64,000 bases of DNA from an uncultured delta proteobacterium (lineage in GTDB: Bacteria; Desulfobacterota; Binatia; DP-6): the NCBI GenBank assembly GCA_963815115.1, contig CAWFFN010000009.1:1184001-1248000 (forward strand), read 5' to 3'. Below the pieces are notes generated by a model, which was given only the letters and a program-made list of their open reading frames with translations, ran no database searches and was not told where the DNA came from. This document shows positions 59,088-64,000 of the stretch, in pieces; the stretch's first letter is position 1; each line of letters starts with the position of its first letter. Position numbers and translations under genes: made by a program.

Positions 59088-59419
59088 GGCGCCTCGTCCT
59101 GGTCGTGCTCGTCGGCATCATCCTCCCAGAACACGTCGGCGCCCTCGGCCCGCGCGCGGCGCTTGACCTCGTTCCAGACGCATTCCGACAGCGTCGTCTC
59201 CGGGTCCAACCAGGGTCGGAATTCCCGGGCCTGCTCGTGCCGCTGGAGCGCGCCGCAGGTGCTGCCGCGCCAGTCCTCGATCACGCGCAGCGCATCCCAG
59301 GTCCCATTCCCCTCACGTTCGATCCGGCCCGCTTGCTCGGCCCGCACGATCGCAGGCTGGCTCACGCCCAGGATCCGGGCTAAGGCGACGTTCGTCTGAA
59401 CGATCGCGTACCACGGCAT
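59084..59419 (-). CDS. Nu1/TerS-like winged-HTH protein (Rpp-like packaging redirector candidate)
   Basis: NVALARILGVSQPAIVRAEQAGRI...WDALRVIEDW; GGAGG RBS; directly downstream of the cos-like site. Confidence 0.6.
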   Translation of the reverse strand: MPWYAIVQTNVALARILGVSQPAIVRAEQAGRIEREGNGTWDALRVIEDWRGSTCGALQRHEQAREFRPWLDPETTLSECVWNEVKRRARAEGADVFWEDDADEHDQDEAP

Positions 59420-59543
59420 GTGATTCCCTCCGGGGGTTACTCAGCACCACGTGGGTTTCCCCGCCTCCTCGGGCGGGAACCGTCGGCGATCCGCACGGTT
59501 GCTGCGCCGACGTGCTGGCCGTGTGACCCCCTTTTTGGGGGTC

Positions 59544-59605
59544 AAATAGCGGGGCACGCTGCCCCCCGCTGACCCGAGTAGCTTTCCGAGACGGCGGAAG
59601 GACCC
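59544..59605 (-). other. Lambda-like cos site
   Basis: Minus strand GGGTCCT(TCC)-N47-CGCTATTT, compared with lambda cosQ GGGTCCT-N45-CGCTATTT. Confidence 0.65.
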
Positions 59606-59626
59606 GAACCGTTCGCAGCGAGAATG

Positions 59627-60205
59627 CTAGCGCTCATCGCTGCGGTGGGGCCGTTGCACGCGGAGCGCCCGGCCGAGGAGGACGCTGCCGTCGAGGCATG
59701 CGATGACGGCGTCGGCATCCTCGGGGTCCTTGAGCCAGACGTGGGCCGAGGACCTGCCGTTGCCCGAGTGCATGACGACCTTCCAGACCGGAGCGACGGG
59801 CGCGATGTGGTCCTCCAGGTCGACCTCGCATGCGTTGTTCGGGACGTTCCCGATGTACACATGCGCGCCCTGGCGGCCGGCTGGCGGGGCGGGGCGCGGA
59901 GGAGCCTGGCCGGGTGGCGGACGCTTGGAGACGCGCACCGTCCGGCCGAGGAGCGGGCGCGCGGGGAGCGCGGCCAGGGCGCGCTCGGCCTCATCGACCG
60001 TGCGGAAGAGCACCACGGCGGCCTCGACGTCGCCGCGGTCGTTCCGCAACGGGGTGACCTCGAGGGGCGTGATGCCGCTGCCCTCCTCGACGTAGCGACG
60101 GAGCTGGCCCTGCGTCACCTGGCCCGGCAGGCCGCCGAGAAACAGCTCGCACGCGCGCCGGGCCAACGGGGAGAAGCGGGGCTCGACCACCGTGGACCCA
60201 GGCAT
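59627..60205 (-). CDS. Tandem RRM (RNA recognition motif) protein
   Basis: RNP2-like LFLGGLP and VYIGNVP; AVVLF...EAERAL...LLGRTVRV; AHVWL...LDGSVLLGRALRV. Confidence 0.8.
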   Translation of the reverse strand: MPGSTVVEPRFSPLARRACELFLGGLPGQVTQGQLRRYVEEGSGITPLEVTPLRNDRGDVEAAVVLFRTVDEAERALAALPARPLLGRTVRVSKRPPPGQAPPRPAPPAGRQGAHVYIGNVPNNACEVDLEDHIAPVAPVWKVVMHSGNGRSSAHVWLKDPEDADAVIACLDGSVLLGRALRVQRPHRSDER

Positions 60206-60206
60206 G

Positions 60207-60746
60207 TCAGCTCGCGAGCACTTCGGGACTGAACAGGATCTCAGGAGAGGCGTCGCCGCGGCGATCGAGCGTGATGCCCTGCTGCGCAGCGCTGCAGATC
60301 AACTTCTCCTCGTCGAGCTCGAGGGTGCGCAGGCGGTCGCGCAGGGCGGCAAGGCCTGCGGGGCGCTCGGCCGCCGGGATCGCCGCCCGGACCAACTCGG
60401 GACCGGCCGCGTAGATCGCCCGCAGGCGCGCCCGCAGCACGGCAAGGAGCGGCTCACGGTGAACCGTTGCGATGAAGGCCGCCGCGCGTTGCGCCTCATA
60501 CTGTGGATCGGGCACGAGCAGCTCGACCGTCCCAAGGTCCCCGCCGCCCGGGCGGATGAACGCGGCGAGCACGGGCGTCGGGTCGTAGAGTTTGGCGAGC
60601 CGGTCGACGCTCGCGACCAGGGCGTCCTCGGCCTCAGGACAAGGCAGGGGGGCGCCGGCAATGGTCTGCAGCTCGGCCGTGGTCGCGGCAATCTGCGCGC
60701 GCAGGGCCGTGACGGTGGCGGTGATGTCGTCACTCGGCTTCTTCAT
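60207..60746 (-). CDS. Psu/Sid-like coiled-coil satellite protein
   Basis: Helical; C-terminal LELDEEKLI...RRGDASPEIL; GAGGAG RBS. Confidence 0.5.
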   Translation of the reverse strand: MKKPSDDITATVTALRAQIAATTAELQTIAGAPLPCPEAEDALVASVDRLAKLYDPTPVLAAFIRPGGGDLGTVELLVPDPQYEAQRAAAFIATVHREPLLAVLRARLRAIYAAGPELVRAAIPAAERPAGLAALRDRLRTLELDEEKLICSAAQQGITLDRRGDASPEILFSPEVLAS

Positions 60747-60756
60747 GCGCTCCTCC

Positions 60757-61211
60757 TCACCCAGCCAGGCCGAGGTACTGCCGGCAGCGCGCGACGAGCT
60801 GGCCGAGCCGCTGCGCGCGTTCGTATGCCGAGTCACGCGCGCCGCTGACGCGGGCGCACTCGGCCTGCGTCTCCTCGAGCTCGCGCGCCACGTCGTCGAG
60901 GTTGTCGCCGATGGCGGGCTGCCACGTCCGCGCCGTCGGGCCACGGCTGGGATCGCGCACCCATTGCCCGGGATGCAAGGTCGGGTGCGTCACGCGCAGC
61001 TCCTCGAGGCGGCGCGCCAGGCGCTGCTCCTCGTCCCGGAGGGCGCGCGCCTGCTCGGTGAGGATGCGGGCGCGCTCCCGGGCGACCTCGGCGTCCGTCT
61101 CCATCGCTTCCAGCTTCTCCGCGCCGCGGCCGACAGCGCCTGGCGGGCGCGCCGGGCGCCGCCCGGGACGGTGAGCGGGCCCGGCGTCAGCGCGCCGGCC
61201 TCGGTCCTCAT
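60757..61211 (-). CDS. Coiled-coil hypothetical protein (frameshift near 61120)
   Basis: ORFs 60990-61211 and 60757-61266 join with one added base. Confidence 0.55.
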
Positions 61212-61465
61212 GGCGTCGCCCGCCGGGCGGCCTGCGCGGCCATGACAGCGGCGTGTCGAGCCGCATAGATGCTCTCGGCGTCGAGCGTCGCCGGCTCAGG
61301 TTCCCGCGGTGCCGGCGCCGGGGCCAGCGCGGTGGCCGCGGCGCGCTGATAGCGGCCCGCGAGCCCCTGCAACGTCGCCACCGTGTTCCCGTGCTGCGCG
61401 ATCAGGGCCGCATGCTCGGCCAGGATGCCGCACGCGGCCCGGACCTCCTCCGTCGTGGTGCTCAT
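61208..61465 (-). CDS. Hypothetical protein
   Basis: AAGGAG RBS; ATGA overlaps with neighbours. Confidence 0.65.
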   Translation of the reverse strand: MSTTTEEVRAACGILAEHAALIAQHGNTVATLQGLAGRYQRAAATALAPAPAPREPEPATLDAESIYAARHAAVMAAQAARRATP

Positions 61466-61880
61466 GGGTCAGTCTCCTTTCGAGCGGCAGCGGCCTCCAC
61501 GATGCGTGGCGAACCCGAGGCCATGCGTTCGGGTGCGGGTCGGCCAGCGGGGAAGGATGGGCCCCGCCAGTCGATCGCCACGCATCGTGCAGGCCGCGTC
61601 AGCGGCATCGCGGCAGCTCCTGCACGGCGTGCCGCTTCAGGTAGGCGGTTCGCAGGGCCTGCTTCGAGACCACCGGCACGCTGGTGGCCGCGCCCGCCGC
61701 ACACCACGCGGTCTCCGACACGCCGGCGTGGTCGAGCACCACGAGGAGCGCCTCGGGGTCGACGGGGCCGCGCGCGAGCACGCCGCGCACGAAGGCCCGG
61801 ACCAACTCGGCGCGGTCAAGCACCACGCCGCGGCTGGCGCGACAGAGGGCGGCAAGGTCCTGGGCGCGGGCGGGACTCAT
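61462..61880 (-). CDS. Hypothetical protein (probable frameshift near 61610)
   Basis: ATGA overlaps at both ends; length 419 +1 = 140 codons. Confidence 0.5.
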
Positions 61881-62083
61881 GCCGCCCCCCGCGGGCGCCG
61901 GGTGCGCGCGAGCCACGCCTCGACATCGCTCAATCGGCAGCGGCTCCACCCGCCAGGATCGAAGATCGGCAACTCCCCGCGCTCCGCGGCCTGAAAGAGG
62001 AGGTGGCGGCCGATGCCGAACAGCCGGGCGGCCTGCCGCACCGTCACGAGGCGCTCGACGTCGACCGCTGGGACGTCCATCAC
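61877..62083 (-). CDS. Excisionase/AlpA-like HTH protein
   Basis: LVTVRQAARLFGIG...GELP...RCRLSDVEAWL. Confidence 0.8.
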   Translation of the reverse strand: MMDVPAVDVERLVTVRQAARLFGIGRHLLFQAAERGELPIFDPGGWSRCRLSDVEAWLARTRRPRGAA

Positions 62084-62263
62084 ACAGTAGGACTAATACA
62101 GCCGCAAATGTCAAGAAGCGCAACGAATGATCAGGACGCCGCGCCCTGGCGCCGGCCAAGGTACTGGGACTCGACGACGACCACCGGAACTGGAATCCTG
62201 TGCCGTGGACGCCAGTCGCGCATCCGCCACGGCTCTGATACGCGGCGTCAACGCTCGGCAGGC

Positions 62264-62731
62264 ATGAGTGTCGAAGTCAGAGCTGTTGCTCCACGGCGTC
62301 GCCTACGACGCGCATTCGAGCGCGTCCTGGCCATCTTCCTGCCGTGGGAAGTGTGCCTCCGGCGGGAGCTGCGCTTCACCGATCTCCCGATCTACGATGA
62401 CGATCCCCGTCACGATGAGAGAGATCTCGAGGAGGAAGAGTACTTCGACAGGGAGCGGATCTGGGAGACCGGCAAATGGTGCCTGCGGGCGTACAAGTAC
62501 CATGCTCGTCTCCCCCCCTACCCCCCAGTAAACGAGGAGAATGAGTTCTGGGAACGGCCGTACTACCACCGCAGCAGACTCGTTCTCACTGAGGCGGGGA
62601 AGGCGGAGATACACCGTCAGATTCGGGAAGATCGCACCGTCTGGTTTCGTGTCGTCACCGCGCTAGTTCTTGCCGTTACGGGATTGCTCGGGACGCTCAT
62701 CGGGTTGTTGTCGTTCCTGAAGGCAAGATGA
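62264..62731 (+). CDS. Accessory protein with C-terminal TM anchor
   Basis: Acidic/aromatic domain; LTEAGK; terminal hydrophobic helix. Confidence 0.6.
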   Translation: MSVEVRAVAPRRRLRRAFERVLAIFLPWEVCLRRELRFTDLPIYDDDPRHDERDLEEEEYFDRERIWETGKWCLRAYKYHARLPPYPPVNEENEFWERPYYHRSRLVLTEAGKAEIHRQIREDRTVWFRVVTALVLAVTGLLGTLIGLLSFLKAR

Positions 62732-62851
62732 ATCACCTGACAGCGAACGAGCGGGGCATGGCGGGGTAACGTAGTCGATTTCGGTTCCGGTAAGGGGCTT
62801 TGGTAGAATGGCCTTGAGGCGGACTTCGACCGGCTCACTAAGGAGAAACGC

Positions 62852-63193
62852 ATGAGCGACGCGAGCTACCCTTGGGAGAAGATGTATCAAGCCATGCGGA
62901 TGCTGCTGACGCCGAGTCAGGATGCCCGAAAGATGGCCATCCATGCACTCGGCGAGTTCAGCGCCGCGTTCGGTGCTCCCAACAAGGTTCCCGAATGGGC
63001 GGCGAGCGAAGTAAGCAAGGTGCGCCATATCGCGCCGTTCCACGAGATCAAGGATGCCGGCTCAGAGGGCACCATCGCCGCGTGGGTCAACCAGGCCAGC
63101 TTGGAAGAGCTGGACGAGCTCTATGACGCGCTGTTGTCTCTCTTCATGCGGACCGTCGAGAGGCGCGAGCGGCAGTACCCACGGGCGGACTAG
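62852..63193 (+). CDS. Accessory hypothetical protein
   Basis: AAGGAG RBS; 113 aa; TAGAAT -10-like box upstream. Confidence 0.65.
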   Translation: MSDASYPWEKMYQAMRMLLTPSQDARKMAIHALGEFSAAFGAPNKVPEWAASEVSKVRHIAPFHEIKDAGSEGTIAAWVNQASLEELDELYDALLSLFMRTVERRERQYPRAD

Positions 63194-63326
63194 GGACCTC
63201 GTTCGCCATCGCCGGAGCCTCCATCCGGGGTCCCGTGCTTCGCAGCCCGCTGTGCGGCGCCTCGTTGCGACGGAGGGTCAGCGGTGCCCGGCCGGTCTCG
63301 AGCGGCTGCCGGGGGGTGTCACGCGG

Positions 63327-63347
63327 TCATGGACAGTTCATGGACAA
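63327..63347 (+). repeat. Integrase arm-type sites (TCATGGACAG TTCATGGACAA)
   Basis: Matches 49958-49979. Confidence 0.75.
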
Positions 63348-63405
63348 TCCGCCCGGCCGCCGCCGAAAACCCTAGCATCTACGGGGCGAATTGCCCGGCG
63401 TGCCC

Positions 63406-63421
63406 GCGACATCGTGTCGCA
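63406..63421 (+). repeat. attR core GCGACATCGTGTCGCA
   Basis: Identical to 49842-49857. Confidence 0.85.
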
Positions 63422-63456
63422 TTCCGGTGGCCCGCGCGAGGCGCTAATCGCAAGCC

Positions 63457-64000
63457 GTGCACCGCTCCCGCTGGCAGTCGATCGCCCAGTGCTTCGGCGC
63501 GCTGGGGATCCTCCTGGCCGCCTCGGCCACGCCCGCGGGCGCGCACGGCATCGTCGGACAGCGGTTCTTCCCGGCCACGCTGTCGATCGACGATCCCTTC
63601 GTGGCGGACGAGCTCTCCCTCCCCACCGCCGGGTTCACCAGGCAGCGGCGCACGGCGGAGGCGCCGTCCACGCTCGAGACCGAGTTCAGCGCGGAGCTGT
63701 CCAAGCGCCTCAGCACCAACCTGGGTCTGTCGCTCGGCGCCGCCGTGATCATGGACGCGCCCCGCGGCGGACCCACCATCGCCGGCTTCGACAACATGGA
63801 GATCGGGCTCAAGTACGTCTTTCTCAAGCGCGCCGAGAACGAGCTGCTCCTCTCCGGTGGCGTCGACATCGACGTCGGGGGAACCGGCCAGGAGCGCGTG
63901 GGCGCCGAGCCCTTCTCCACCTTCACGCCGTCGCTGTTCTTCGGCAAGGGCATGGGCGATCTGCCCGACGACCTGCGCTATTTGAAGCCGTTCGCGTTGA
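63457..64000 (+). CDS. Putative outer-membrane beta-barrel/transporter, 5' part; runs off the window
   Basis: Manual translation: signal peptide, then AHGIVGQRFFPATLSIDDPFVADELSLPT...GFDNMEIGLKY. Confidence 0.7.
   Translation, partial: MHRSRWQSIAQCFGALGILLAASATPAGAHGIVGQRFFPATLSIDDPFVADELSLPTAGFTRQRRTAEAPSTLETEFSAELSKRLSTNLGLSLGAAVIMDAPRGGPTIAGFDNMEIGLKYVFLKRAENELLLSGGVDIDVGGTGQERVGAEPFSTFTPSLFFGKGMGDLPDDLRYLKPFAL

Larger units (their letters stand above)
49842..63421. mobile_element. Integrated PICI-like phage satellite (~13.6 kb)
   Basis: 16-bp direct repeat at both ends; integrase at the left end; xis, PrimPol-helicase, SSB-like, TerS-like, cos-like site; no capsid, portal or TerL gene. 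Confidence 0.85.

Noticed and set aside
49842-63421. Full prophage or capsid-forming PICI
   Set aside because: No recognisable capsid, portal, protease, TerL, tail or lysis gene.

Overview
High-GC bacterial chromosome segment. The gene content (hopanoid C-3 methylase, Thr-rich secreted proteins, LLM/thiolase/SDR catabolic genes) resembles soil Binatota/deltaproteobacteria-like organisms; this is an inference. Three zones: (1) 1.9-7.1 kb, a decayed mobile island with a truncated MqsA-type antitoxin, an integrase relic and an intact lower-GC pair, YbjN-like + TIR-STAND-TPR. (2) 7-49.8 kb, core/envelope genes: serpin, pqiAABC, four sulfatases, K+ channels, CYTH-CHR-phosphoesterase, DUF3300/DUF2950/DUF1254, Ser/Thr-rich secreted proteins and lipid catabolism. 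(3) 49842-63421, an apparently complete ~13.6-kb PICI-like phage satellite bounded by a 16-bp att core. It carries an integrase, two Xis/AlpA-like HTHs, a PrimPol-helicase, an SSB-like protein, a lambda-like cos site next to a Nu1/TerS-like gene, a Psu-like gene and no capsid gene. Its cargo is unusual: a RelE-like/XRE/unknown tripartite cassette, a tandem-RRM protein and an RHH-lipoprotein fusion. Six satellite genes are each split by a frameshift that one added base would repair.
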